64,000 nucleotides of DNA from Acidimicrobiia bacterium (GTDB taxonomy: Bacteria; Actinomycetota; Acidimicrobiia; Spongiisociales; JAHEDJ01): the NCBI GenBank assembly GCA_029210695.1, contig JARGFH010000001.1, positions 1-64,000 of the forward strand. The letters are read 5' to 3'. Positions 1 to 9,231 of this stretch are shown piece after piece. How positions within the stretch are numbered: position 1 is the stretch's first letter; every line of letters starts with the position of its first letter. The notes under the pieces were generated by a model, which saw nothing but the letters and a program-made list of their open reading frames with translations, did not search any database and was not told the origin of the DNA. A program made the translations under genes and the position numbers.

Positions 1-75
1 GAGCCCTCCTCTACGCCGGAAAACCCAACTGGAATCTACTCGCCACCATCACACCCCGCTGAAATCCGATGAGCC
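1..75 (+). mobile_element. Right end of an ISL3-family insertion sequence (transposase C-terminus plus terminal inverted repeat)
   Basis: Frame from nt 3 reads ALLYAGKPNWNLLATITPR* (stop 60-62), typical of actinobacterial ISL3 transposase C-termini; followed by TGAAATCCGATGAGCC (reverse complement GGCTCATCGGATTTCA), resembling the ISL3 GGCTCTTCG-type terminus, ending at 75. Confidence 0.75.
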
Positions 76-497
76 GGATAACGGACCAGAGATGAAAGCC
101 GGCGACACCCGCACCTTCATGGCGCTGATGGCGATCACCCAACATCATGGACGGCCCCACACTCCCACCGACCAGGCACCGATCGAGTCGTTCTTCGGCC
201 ACCTCAAAGGCGACTGGCCCCACCTGACCAGGATCACCGATCCTGCCGTCCTCGACGTCGAGCTCGACAGGATTCGAGTCGAATACAACACCGTCCGGCT
301 ACATGAAGGGATCGGGTATGTCACCCCCGATGACGAGCACTCCGGCAGAGGAGCCGCCATCCGACGGCAACGATCAACCGGGATGAAGAAGGCACGCAAA
401 GATCGGATCGACTACAACAGAAACAACCCGCCCCGGACCCGACCATGAATTGGGTTAGGAACCCGGCGACCTATATCAAAGAGTCAGATACACCTCA
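76..497 (+). mobile_element. 3' portion of an IS3-like insertion sequence, interrupted by the ISL3 element
   Basis: Integrase-core reading frame resumes right after the ISL3 end at DNGPEM; element appears to end ...GAGTCAGATACACCTCA (CA-3') at 497, where istA similarity stops. Confidence 0.7.
77..448 (+). pseudogene. IS3-like transposase, integrase core (rve) C-terminal fragment
   Basis: DNGPEM, QAPIESFFGHLK and YNTVRLHEGIGYVTP are DDE integrase motifs; N-terminal part displaced by the ISL3 insertion. Confidence 0.8.
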
Positions 498-1287
498 GAT
501 CCAGAGACGCCTGCGCCTCAGCCAGCGACGTCGCCTGGAGGGTTCGCCACCAGCGTTGAGTCAGATAGTGGATCTGTTTCTCCACGACGCCTTTGCGGTT
601 CCCCCGCCTCGGCGGACACGGCACCACTCTGACTCCGTAATGCTTCGCCACCGGTGCGAACGACGCCTGGATCTTCCCGGTCTGTGGGTTGATCACCGTC
701 GCCATCCGATCCACCCTCCACACCCGTGCGGTGCCACCAAAACGGCGCAGCACCGCGTCGATGCCCTCAACCAGATACGGCTGATCGGTCGAATAGGCCA
801 GCCACGCCCGACTCTTGGACGAATACGACAAGGCTCCGACCAGCATCGACACCTCCACGGTCCGATCCCACGGACACGTCCCGAGTTCGTCCCAGTCCCA
901 CTGGAGCTCCTCACCGGATGGATGCTCAATGATGACCGTGGGGCGGCCCTTCACCCCCGAACAGGCTTCGCAATGCGGACGCAGATTCCGTTCGCGTATC
1001 TTGCGGGTGAACGTCGGATACGAACGGTCATACCCCAACGCCTGGACCTCATCGAACAAGGTTGTTGCCCACACACCATGATCATCGACCAGACGCTGCC
1101 GCACATACGCCTCGACGTGGTCGAACGGATCTTCCTCGACCACCGCCCGAACGCCTGGTTGGCGGACACCAGCCAGATACGCCCGGATCGTCTTTCGGTC
1201 TCTTCCCGTGTGGCGGGCGATCTCCGAGATCGTCCAACCCTGCTTCCTCAATGCATGAACTTCCACGTCTTCCTCCTGTGTCAACAT
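484..1287 (-). pseudogene. istA: IS21-family transposase IstA, C-terminally truncated
   Basis: N-terminal HTH (GWTISEIARHTGRDRKTIRAYL), QWDW, VDRMATV and KGVVEK DDE motifs; last few residues derive from the inserted IS3-like end. Confidence 0.85.
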
Positions 1288-1427
1288 CAGGCAGGGGTTC
1301 CTCTCCTCGCCGGCGGGTCGTTGCTGACAGCCAGCTTGGAGAGGGCCCCACCCAACAGTGGGTATTCCCTCTCAGGAGGTGGGGAATTTCAGTGAGCAGG
1401 TCTGGGGAGTTTCAATGAGCGTGGTCA
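498..1427 (-). mobile_element. Left part of an IS21-family element, truncated by the IS3-like element
   Basis: Minus-strand end TGACCACGCTCATTGAAACTCCCCAGACCTGCTCACTGAAATTCCCC with two tandem ~18-bp subterminal repeats (1381-1398, 1404-1421), followed by istA. Confidence 0.85.
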
Positions 1428-2566
1428 GGACCGCCGGCATAGATCAGGTATCCGCCCACGGCATCGTCGTGAAAAGCCGGGCCGTTGGCCAGGTAGTCCA
1501 GTGCTGCCACCGGAAACGTCTGGTCGTCGATTTCGACCGGACCTCGAAAGGCGGCAAATGGGAGGGCCAGTATGAGTCCTGCCGCGATCAACACCACAAT
1601 CGGCGAAGCTGAACCATTAGATCGCTCACGAGACCGGATCGCCGGCACCATCCACGGCACCAACACAATCATTGCCGGAAATAGCGCCCGCAGTGATGTC
1701 AACCCAAACAGAAGGAATGGACCGATGATCCATAGATCTCCGACAGGAACCCTGCCCTTGATCGCTTGATAGATAAGGGCGATGATGCCGGCGAAAAACG
1801 GAAGGGCCCCAATGGACAGCGGATCGGGAGCAGCCCACTCGGAGATGAAATCCAAAGCTCCTCGATTCGATACAAATCGCCACAGGATCTCCCAAGCATG
1901 CCACCCATGCGCCGTAAGGGACACCACTATGCTCGCCAGTGTCAGCGGACGCACGATCCGCCGATCCCGCTGAGCGACGGCATACAGCGCCACGTATCCA
2001 ATCCCGAGAACGAAAGAACCATGGCTCGATGCCCACACCCAGAGAAGGACCGGGATCGACCATCTCATTCCGGGCATCTCCGTGACGAGTATCAACAAAG
2101 CCAAAAGGGCAAACGATGCCACTACCGGCCGCGGAACGAAGTACATACCTCCCAGCCACGTCAGCCCGATCATCCCAGCGGATATGCGAGTCGCATTGAA
2201 CCCGAGGCGGTACATGCGGATCCCGGTCGCTCCGACAGTCAGCAAGGCGCAGCCGGCAATCCATGCAGGTACGAACCTTAGTTCGAACCTGCCGTCGAGC
2301 CATCCGTACATGAGTTCGATCAACCAACTCTGGGTCCGCCATGGTGCGCCGCCGGACGTGAACGAGAAGGGATCGCTTCGGATCACCTCACCTGCACCGA
2401 GCTGAAGGTCGCCTGCCCGGAGATGCCAGAGAAACGAGTTGTCCCTGATGGGCTGAAATGCCGCGATGCCGATGGCGACCCAGGGAATGAGCATAAACAG
2501 ACTCCGGATGGACCATCTAGTCGACGGAGACCGCGACGCAGGCGAATGGCGGGAGGGTCCTACCAA
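1412..2566 (-). pseudogene. Polytopic membrane protein, GT-C-fold glycosyltransferase-like, interrupted by IS21 at 1427/1428
   Basis: About 10 hydrophobic segments; first loop DNSFLWHLRAG...DPFSFT..GAPW; frame runs into the IS21 end and stops 16 nt inside it; start uncertain (2566 or 2494). Confidence 0.65.
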
Positions 2567-2573
2567 TGAATCC

Positions 2574-3494
2574 TCAGAGATTGATGAAGTTGTCCCAGAT
2601 CTGGAGTGCTGCCGGGCCTAGCAGGACGATGAATAGAGATGGGAAGATACAGAAAACCAGCGGGAACACCAGCTTGACTGGAGCGGCGAACGCTTTTTCT
2701 TGAGCCCGCTGCCTCCGCTTGACGCGCATCTCATCTGCCTGCACTCGCAGCACCCGGGAGATCGTCACACCGAAGGCCTCGGCCTGCATCATCGAGAGGA
2801 TGAACGACCGAAGCTCGTCGAGGTCGGTCCTGTCCGTCAAGTGCCGCATCGCATCGCGGCGGGTGACGCCAACGCGAGTCTCCTGAAGCATGCGGAAGAA
2901 CTCCTCAGACAGCGGGCCTGGGACCGTTGCCACCACCCTCGACAGGGCGGAATCGAAGCCGAGTCCGGCCTCAACGCTGATGACGAGCAGGTCCAAGACA
3001 TCAGGTAGAGCGCGCTGCATCAGTGCGCGCCGCTCATCGATCTTGCGGGTCAGCCAGGCGTCTGGCCCGAAGAAACCGAGAATGAGCGCAAACGCAAGCA
3101 TGAGCAGCGTCATCCCAATTGTGAGATCAACCGTCGATACAGCCAGGAAGAACAGTCCGAGGCCGGCGGCGACGCCCAACAGTTTGATCACGGCCCAGGC
3201 GTTGGCATCGAGAGTTCCGGGGCTGCCGGCAAAGATCAACCGCTTCTGCGTGCGTTTCAGCCAGCCCACCGGTGTAAAACGTGCAAGACCGCGACCGAGT
3301 CCGATGAAGATCGGGGCGATCGCCCGTTCGGAGACCGGCTTGGACAGCGTTTCCTCGCGCAGCGCGTTCCGCCCGTACATGGCCAACCGGTCGGTCGCCG
3401 CCTCGCGCACACGTACTACACCAAGTCCCACCCAGAAGGCAAAGGCAAATAGGACCAGAAATACAGAACCAGCGGCAAGGAGTAGTTGATCCAT
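2574..3494 (-). CDS. tadC: Tad pilus platform protein TadC (T2SSF domain)
   Basis: LPDVLDLLVISVEAGLGFDSAL and KLVFPLVFCIFP motifs; ATG at 3494 overlaps the upstream stop. Confidence 0.92.
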   Translation of the reverse strand: MDQLLLAAGSVFLVLFAFAFWVGLGVVRVREAATDRLAMYGRNALREETLSKPVSERAIAPIFIGLGRGLARFTPVGWLKRTQKRLIFAGSPGTLDANAWAVIKLLGVAAGLGLFFLAVSTVDLTIGMTLLMLAFALILGFFGPDAWLTRKIDERRALMQRALPDVLDLLVISVEAGLGFDSALSRVVATVPGPLSEEFFRMLQETRVGVTRRDAMRHLTDRTDLDELRSFILSMMQAEAFGVTISRVLRVQADEMRVKRRQRAQEKAFAAPVKLVFPLVFCIFPSLFIVLLGPAALQIWDNFINL

Positions 3495-5440
3495 CAGATC
3501 TCGATATCCACGATCTTCTTCAACCAGAATCCGCCCAAGCCCATGAGCAGCAATCCGACGCCGATTGCGGACCATCCTCTGATATCGGCGGTGAGCGGGC
3601 TCAGGTAGTCGGGGTTGGTCGTGAACAGAAACAAGCCGAGAAGGAAGGGCATTGCGGCCAGGATCAAGGCCGATATACGGCCCTCCGCGGTCAGCGCACG
3701 AATCTCGCCTCGGAGCCGATTTCGCTGCAACATCGTGTCTGCCACAGTCTGCAGCACTTCAGCGAGGTTACCGCCGACCTCACGCTGGATTTCGATGGCC
3801 ATGACTGCCCAGTTCCAGTCCTCAGACCGCATGCGGGCGGTGATTCCGTGTAGAGCATCGACAACGGGACGTCCCAATCGTGTCTCGGCAATCACCCTTC
3901 CGAACTCCCGAGCGGTCGGCTGCGGCGCCTCAGAAACGACGGCCTCGACAGCCTGCAGCAGCGATAACCCTGCGCGCAAAGACGTTGAAACAAGGATCAG
4001 TGTATCGGGCAACTGCTCTTCGAACTTGGTTTTCTCGCGTTGGCCCACCCGTTGGATGAGCGCAAACAGCAGGAGCAGCATCACAGCCAGAGCCGCGATC
4101 CCGAAGAGGGCATTTCGGGTCACAGCCCAGACAACCACACCAATTATGATGCTGAGGCCCAACCCTGCCGCAATAGCTTCGCCCGCCCGAAGAGGAATGT
4201 TGCCCTGCTCGAGAACACTGTTGAGAGCGTTGAGAATCCCGCGTTGCCGGGCGGCCTCCTCGGCTTGTTCGGTGAAGCGGCCGAGGAATGGGATGCGGGC
4301 CAGGATTCCCTTCTTCTCTTCAACGGCCTCCCGGCCTCCGCGCCCGTATGCTTGGAGGCGATTGCGGAAGGAGTCTGCCCCCTCGTCTTGCTCCCGCCCG
4401 AAGAGAATATAGAGCAGCATTACCAGAGAAAGACCAACGGCCAGGGATCCGATCAGAAGCAAGGTGCCGGGAGGAGCCGGGGCATTGGAGATAACGGTGT
4501 ATTGCTCCGCCTGCGGAAAGGTCACGGTTGTCGTCGACCGGGGCTCGGTGGTTCGCGTTACGAAACCGGGAACGGCGACTGAGGTTGAAGCAACCAATGC
4601 GCCATACTCGACCGCGAAGGCAACATCCTCCGGGCTCTTGGTTGAGGCGTTGAATCGCAGGACGAGTTTGTTGTCGAGTTCGCGCTGAATCTGGTCGTAG
4701 AGCGTCGCCAACTCCGCCGGATCCGAGGTTGCGAGATAGAGACCATCGGTAGCCGATGAGAAGCTCTGGAGGGGGCCAGGATCGAAGGTTGCCGACTCGA
4801 GCCCGATGCCGAACACCCGCGGGGCACTTCCAGAGTCCAAGACTGCGAGCACGTCATCGACCGTCGCCTCGGAGCCATCATCTGCGCCGTCGGTGAGGAT
4901 GATCATGTGTGGTTGGAGTTCGGCTGCCTCGCCTTGATACATACCAACCGAACGAATGACCGCGTCGTAGAGGGCGGTGTCGCCCCCAGATTCGAGCGTG
5001 CTGATCAGCCGGAGCAGTTCAGCCGAATCATTCCGGAAGGCCGAGAGAACATTGACCTCGTCGCCAAACGTGACGAGCGCAATCCAGTCTTGATCCCGTT
5101 TGGTGCGCACGAAACTGGCGGCGGCCGCCTTGGCCTGCTCAATAGGATCGCCCACCATGCTGCCGCTGACGTCGATGACAAGGACAACGCCCACCCTGAC
5201 TGTCGACTCCGCAATGGACTCGACCTCAATCGACTCCAGGGGCACACCATTCTCGGTGACCACTATCTCGTCAGTGTTGAGACCAACGATGTTGCGGAAC
5301 TCGACCACCATTGTGACACGACCATCGTCCTCGTACCGTCCAATGTTGACATCGAGGATGTCGAGAGAGGCCGTTTCGCTCTGGGCAAGCGCCGGTAGAC
5401 CGGCAGAGACCAGAAGCATGACGACAAGCCCGAGGAGCAA
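3494..5440 (-). CDS. tadB: vWA domain-TadB fusion protein
   Basis: Signal peptide, vWA domain with MIDAS DVSGS / DTALYD / LTDG, TM helix, then TadB core (QLPDTLILVSTSLRAG, QREVGGNLAEVL); true start may lie a few codons upstream. Confidence 0.9.
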   Translation of the reverse strand: MLLGLVVMLLVSAGLPALAQSETASLDILDVNIGRYEDDGRVTMVVEFRNIVGLNTDEIVVTENGVPLESIEVESIAESTVRVGVVLVIDVSGSMVGDPIEQAKAAAASFVRTKRDQDWIALVTFGDEVNVLSAFRNDSAELLRLISTLESGGDTALYDAVIRSVGMYQGEAAELQPHMIILTDGADDGSEATVDDVLAVLDSGSAPRVFGIGLESATFDPGPLQSFSSATDGLYLATSDPAELATLYDQIQRELDNKLVLRFNASTKSPEDVAFAVEYGALVASTSVAVPGFVTRTTEPRSTTTVTFPQAEQYTVISNAPAPPGTLLLIGSLAVGLSLVMLLYILFGREQDEGADSFRNRLQAYGRGGREAVEEKKGILARIPFLGRFTEQAEEAARQRGILNALNSVLEQGNIPLRAGEAIAAGLGLSIIIGVVVWAVTRNALFGIAALAVMLLLLFALIQRVGQREKTKFEEQLPDTLILVSTSLRAGLSLLQAVEAVVSEAPQPTAREFGRVIAETRLGRPVVDALHGITARMRSEDWNWAVMAIEIQREVGGNLAEVLQTVADTMLQRNRLRGEIRALTAEGRISALILAAMPFLLGLFLFTTNPDYLSPLTADIRGWSAIGVGLLLMGLGGFWLKKIVDIEI

Positions 5441-5454
5441 GAGGCGCTTGATGG

Positions 5455-6831
5455 CTACCGTCCCATCGTGTAGGAATCAGACCGGCGAGCGAACGGTTCG
5501 GGATCGAAGAGATCGCCCGGCAGGCGAATGCCGATGTCCGATAGCTGATCGCTGAAGCTCGGCCGGATGCCGGTGGCTTTCAGCCGACCAAGGTACTTGC
5601 CGTCCTCGTCGACACCCATCCCGAAGTCGAACAGGAACAGATCCTGCAGGGTGATGATGTCGCCCTCCATGCCCTCCACCTCGGTTACGTGCGTTACACG
5701 GCGGGTGCCATCCCGCAACCGGCCGATGTGGACGATGAGATCGACGGCCGACGAGATCTGCTCACGGATGGCCCGGACCGGGAGGTCAAACCCGGCCATG
5801 AGCACCATGGTCTCGACGCGGGACAGTGTGTCCCGTGGCGAGTTCGAGTGCACGGTGGTCAACGACCCATCGTGACCGGTATTCATCGCCTGCAGCATGT
5901 CGAGGGCCTCACCACCACGAACCTCACCGACGACGATCCGGTCGGGCCGCATACGCAGGGTGTTGCGAACCAGGTCGCGAATCGTGATCTGACCTTTGCC
6001 CTCGAGGTTCGGCGGCCGGGACTCGAGGCTGAGCAGATGCTCTTGATGGAGCTGCAATTCGGCTGCATCCTCAATCGTCACGATTCGCTCGGTCTCGGGA
6101 ATGTAGGAAGACGCCACATTGAGGGTGGTGGTCTTGCCGGAGCCGGTTCCACCGCTAATGAAGATGTTGAGCCGGCCCTCGACACATGCCCGCAGGAAGT
6201 CGGCCACTTTCTGGCTCATCGAGCCAAACCGGACCAGATCCTCCTCCTGCAATGGGTCGACGGAGAACTTACGAATAGTCAGGAACGGGCCACCGATGGC
6301 CAATGGATGAATGACCGCGTTGACGCGGGAACCGTCGGGAAGCCGTGCATCGACCAGCGGAGTGGCCTCGTCGACGCGCCTGCCGACCTGACCGACGATC
6401 TTGTCGATGATGCGTCGCAGATGGACATCATCGACGAACCTGACGTCGGTCCTGGCCAGCTTGCCGTCGCGCTCGACATAGATGCTGTGCGGTCCGTTGA
6501 CCATTACTTCGGTCACCTCAGGGTCGTTGAGAAGCGGATCGATCGGGCCGTATCCGAGAACGTCCGAGGCGATCTCATTGAGGAGTTGTGATCGGTCGGC
6601 GCTCGACAGGGGGACGCTCTCCTCCTGGTCGACTGCCCATTCGAGCATCTCCATCACCCGTAAACGCAGTTCGGCGTCACTCATCTGGCGGTCGTAGAGC
6701 GTCGGACCGAGTTCCTCGACGACCCGGAAATGGAGCTTGCCGCGCAGGTCGCGGAACGTCTTCTCGCGCTGCGAGTCGAACGTCACGCCCGACTGTTTGG
6801 CGGCGGCCACTCTCTCAGACAGCGATGCCAT
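5455..6831 (-). CDS. tadA: Tad pilus assembly ATPase TadA/CpaF
   Basis: Walker [33 protein letters not shown]. Confidence 0.96.
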   Translation of the reverse strand: MASLSERVAAAKQSGVTFDSQREKTFRDLRGKLHFRVVEELGPTLYDRQMSDAELRLRVMEMLEWAVDQEESVPLSSADRSQLLNEIASDVLGYGPIDPLLNDPEVTEVMVNGPHSIYVERDGKLARTDVRFVDDVHLRRIIDKIVGQVGRRVDEATPLVDARLPDGSRVNAVIHPLAIGGPFLTIRKFSVDPLQEEDLVRFGSMSQKVADFLRACVEGRLNIFISGGTGSGKTTTLNVASSYIPETERIVTIEDAAELQLHQEHLLSLESRPPNLEGKGQITIRDLVRNTLRMRPDRIVVGEVRGGEALDMLQAMNTGHDGSLTTVHSNSPRDTLSRVETMVLMAGFDLPVRAIREQISSAVDLIVHIGRLRDGTRRVTHVTEVEGMEGDIITLQDLFLFDFGMGVDEDGKYLGRLKATGIRPSFSDQLSDIGIRLPGDLFDPEPFARRSDSYTMGR

Positions 6832-6869
6832 GGTTCAGTCCCTCCTTCGGGGTGCGCGTCGACCAGTAC

Positions 6870-8066
6870 CTATAACCATCGGCGCTTGGACTCCCGACTT
6901 GACTCGGTTGTCTCCCCAACGACGAGTCTATATACGGACTCAAATCCTTTGGCAACCTTCGATTTGGGAGCACTCTCGACGACCGGCCGGCCTTCGTTGA
7001 CCGAAGCCGGTACCAGCCCGTCGGACGGAACAGATGCCGAAATCTTCATCTTTAGAGACTTCTCGATCTCCTTCTCGTCCAGCCGCGCCTTGGCGTTCGA
7101 ACGGTTGAGCACCAGCTGGATCTTGGAAGAGGGGAACTTCAGCAAGCGCAACGTCTCGAGGGCCAGCTTGGCGTTCTTGACGCTGGGCAGATCCATGTCG
7201 ACGATGACCAGTACGTCATCGGCACGTTCCAGCAGCGACAGCAGCAACTCATCGAGCAGCGAAGCCGTGTCGACGACCACGAAGTCGAACATGCCTCGCA
7301 GCTTGCCGAGGATCTCGATCATGGCGGCGGTGGAGATCTCGTCGGCGAAGGCCGGCTCGAGCGGGGCGGCGAGAACACTCAATCCGGTTGGGTGCTTGGT
7401 CAACAATGAATCGAGCAGGGACTCGTCCAGACGATGGATCTCATGGGCGGCGTTGACGACGGTCAGCTTCGGCTCAAGTTGCAGTACGAGGCAGACGTCG
7501 CCGAACTGCAGGTCGGCATCGACCACGACGACCCGCTTGGGGTCATGGTGTTGCGCCAGCATCATGGCCAGGTTGGTCGCCATGACCGTCTTGCCGCTTC
7601 CACCCTTGGCCGACATGACGGTGATGATGCGGCCCTCACGGGGAGCAGCGGGCGCATACGGCTCCGACGGTGGGGCGGCCAGTTTTCGTTCGGCACGCTT
7701 CCCGACGTCACCAAGTATCTCTGCCAGCTTGGCGGGAGAGACGGGTGCTTCGATCACATCACGAAGACCGCCCCGGAGCGCCGCCCTCAGGAGTGGAGCG
7801 GTGATCGTGCCTGCGACCAGGACGAGAGAGAGGTCGGGATCGAACTCCTGCAGCATCGTGGCGTCCTTGATACCGGCCTCGTGGGCGTGGGATGGTCCAA
7901 GCAACACCAAACGGATATCGCCCGCCTCGACGGCGCGCTGCGCATCGGCGAGCGTGCGCGCGGTCGGAACGCGTCCGTCGAAGGCACGCTTTGCCTCGTC
8001 GAGGAACTCGTCATCGTCATCGACGATGATGATTCCGTATTGGTCCCAGTCGTATTCGGTCGTCAT
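6870..8066 (-). CDS. cpaE: Pilus assembly protein CpaE/TadZ (pseudo-receiver plus MinD-like ATPase)
   Basis: N-terminal receiver-like fold; deviant Walker A KGGSGKT; DADLQFGD. Confidence 0.9.
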   Translation of the reverse strand: MTTEYDWDQYGIIIVDDDDEFLDEAKRAFDGRVPTARTLADAQRAVEAGDIRLVLLGPSHAHEAGIKDATMLQEFDPDLSLVLVAGTITAPLLRAALRGGLRDVIEAPVSPAKLAEILGDVGKRAERKLAAPPSEPYAPAAPREGRIITVMSAKGGSGKTVMATNLAMMLAQHHDPKRVVVVDADLQFGDVCLVLQLEPKLTVVNAAHEIHRLDESLLDSLLTKHPTGLSVLAAPLEPAFADEISTAAMIEILGKLRGMFDFVVVDTASLLDELLLSLLERADDVLVIVDMDLPSVKNAKLALETLRLLKFPSSKIQLVLNRSNAKARLDEKEIEKSLKMKISASVPSDGLVPASVNEGRPVVESAPKSKVAKGFESVYRLVVGETTESSRESKRRWL

Positions 8067-9013
8067 TCTTCGAGGAGCAACGCTTCCAGGTCGGCAAGGA
8101 ACGGGAACAACTTGGTTAGGTAGCCAAACTCGGGTCCGTACAGGGCTTCCACGGTCACACCCTCGGTCGGCTGATCGGATACGGCAACGAATCCGGGAGG
8201 TACGAGCGTCAACCAGGTCGAGCCGTTCTCACGGCCGAACACGAGTTTCTCGGCCTGGTCGGGAGAAACCTCGAGGGTAAGAACGACGACGCTGCTCTCT
8301 TCTTCTGGGACCGTCACCGCCCCGTCTTCGGTGGTCTGAGGAACGACGACCTCCGCAGGAGCGTCTTCTTCCGGCTTGACGTCTTTGCCAACTGCGAGGA
8401 CAGGAACGCCTTGCAGCGTATAGCGGGTGAAGGCTTTGGTGATGGTATTGGTCTCTACCGGCTGTCCATCGGCAGGAGCGGGCTCTTCTGGCTGCACGTC
8501 TCCGATGATGACTTCTTCTCCGATCGGCACGTCGATCTCGAGTTCCATGGAAACGATCACATTCACCCTGTCACCGGGCTCGATGAACCCGTTGACACCC
8601 TGTTCAAGTGCGACTGAAACGGTGATGGCTTCCTTGCCGTCGGCAATCCGACCGGCCAGCGGCGCGATTTCTGTCGTGATCGCCACCCACTGATCGGTCG
8701 TCAAGACCTGCCCGCCGGAGATCGGACCGGCGGCTACCCGGCCGGCCAGCGTCGCTTCGAGTTTCTCGATCGAGTCGATGGCGTTCTGCGGAACGAGGCG
8801 GGCTTCTTCTTCGCTCTCCACATAGCGGAACTGCTCGATCACGGCCGCACCGGTGGTGCCCTCCGGGAGAACCTCGAGGGCGCGGTAAACGACCTGATAG
8901 GTGCGGTCCTTGGCGGCCTCTTCTTCGACTCCGGAGAGGAAGTTGTACACAGCAAACGTGGCGATGGCCGCCAGCAGCAGCGCAACCACCAGGACGAGTG
9001 TCCGCCTACCCAT
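8063..9013 (-). CDS. cpaB: Flp pilus assembly protein CpaB/RcpC
   Basis: N-terminal TM, SAF-like region, GVNGFIEPGDRVNVI, LTLEVSPDQAEKLVF; SD AAGGAG. Confidence 0.9.
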   Translation of the reverse strand: MGRRTLVLVVALLLAAIATFAVYNFLSGVEEEAAKDRTYQVVYRALEVLPEGTTGAAVIEQFRYVESEEEARLVPQNAIDSIEKLEATLAGRVAAGPISGGQVLTTDQWVAITTEIAPLAGRIADGKEAITVSVALEQGVNGFIEPGDRVNVIVSMELEIDVPIGEEVIIGDVQPEEPAPADGQPVETNTITKAFTRYTLQGVPVLAVGKDVKPEEDAPAEVVVPQTTEDGAVTVPEEESSVVVLTLEVSPDQAEKLVFGRENGSTWLTLVPPGFVAVSDQPTEGVTVEALYGPEFGYLTKLFPFLADLEALLLEE

Positions 9014-9194
9014 TGAGTCTCCTTAAATCATGAGGGCCGCATTCGAACGGCATCAAAACCCCAAAGTACCAGTTTGTTGCGGGGGCGCGCACAGCAGCGC
9101 GGTCGGTGAAAGCCCAACCGTTACCGTACACAAAACCCCCCTGTTGTCGCAGAGTCATCGTTATTCAGTCTCCCCGGCCCTGCCACCAGCACCG

Positions 9195-9222
9195 AGGCTG
9201 CCACAGATCGTGAAATTGTCAA
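9195..9222 (-). promoter_or_regulatory. Putative sigma70-type promoter of the tad operon
   Basis: TTGACA (9222-9217), 16-nt spacer, TGG-CAGCCT (-10 variant with extended TG). Confidence 0.45.
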
Positions 9223-9231
9223 GCCGCGTTC

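Noticed and set aside
445..1395. 316-aa plus-strand ORF
   Set aside because: Antisense shadow of IS21 istA; no recognisable motifs
6730..8280. 516-aa plus-strand ORF and similar long antisense ORFs (12497-13660, 17142-18518, 33904-35178, 53373-54308)
   Set aside because: Shadow frames of well-supported genes, expected in high-GC DNA; biased Ser/Arg/His composition
9006..9158. Upstream ORF as an Flp prepilin (RQQG-GF resembles a cleavage site)
   Set aside because: No Glu at +5 and no hydrophobic helix; kept only as a possible uORF
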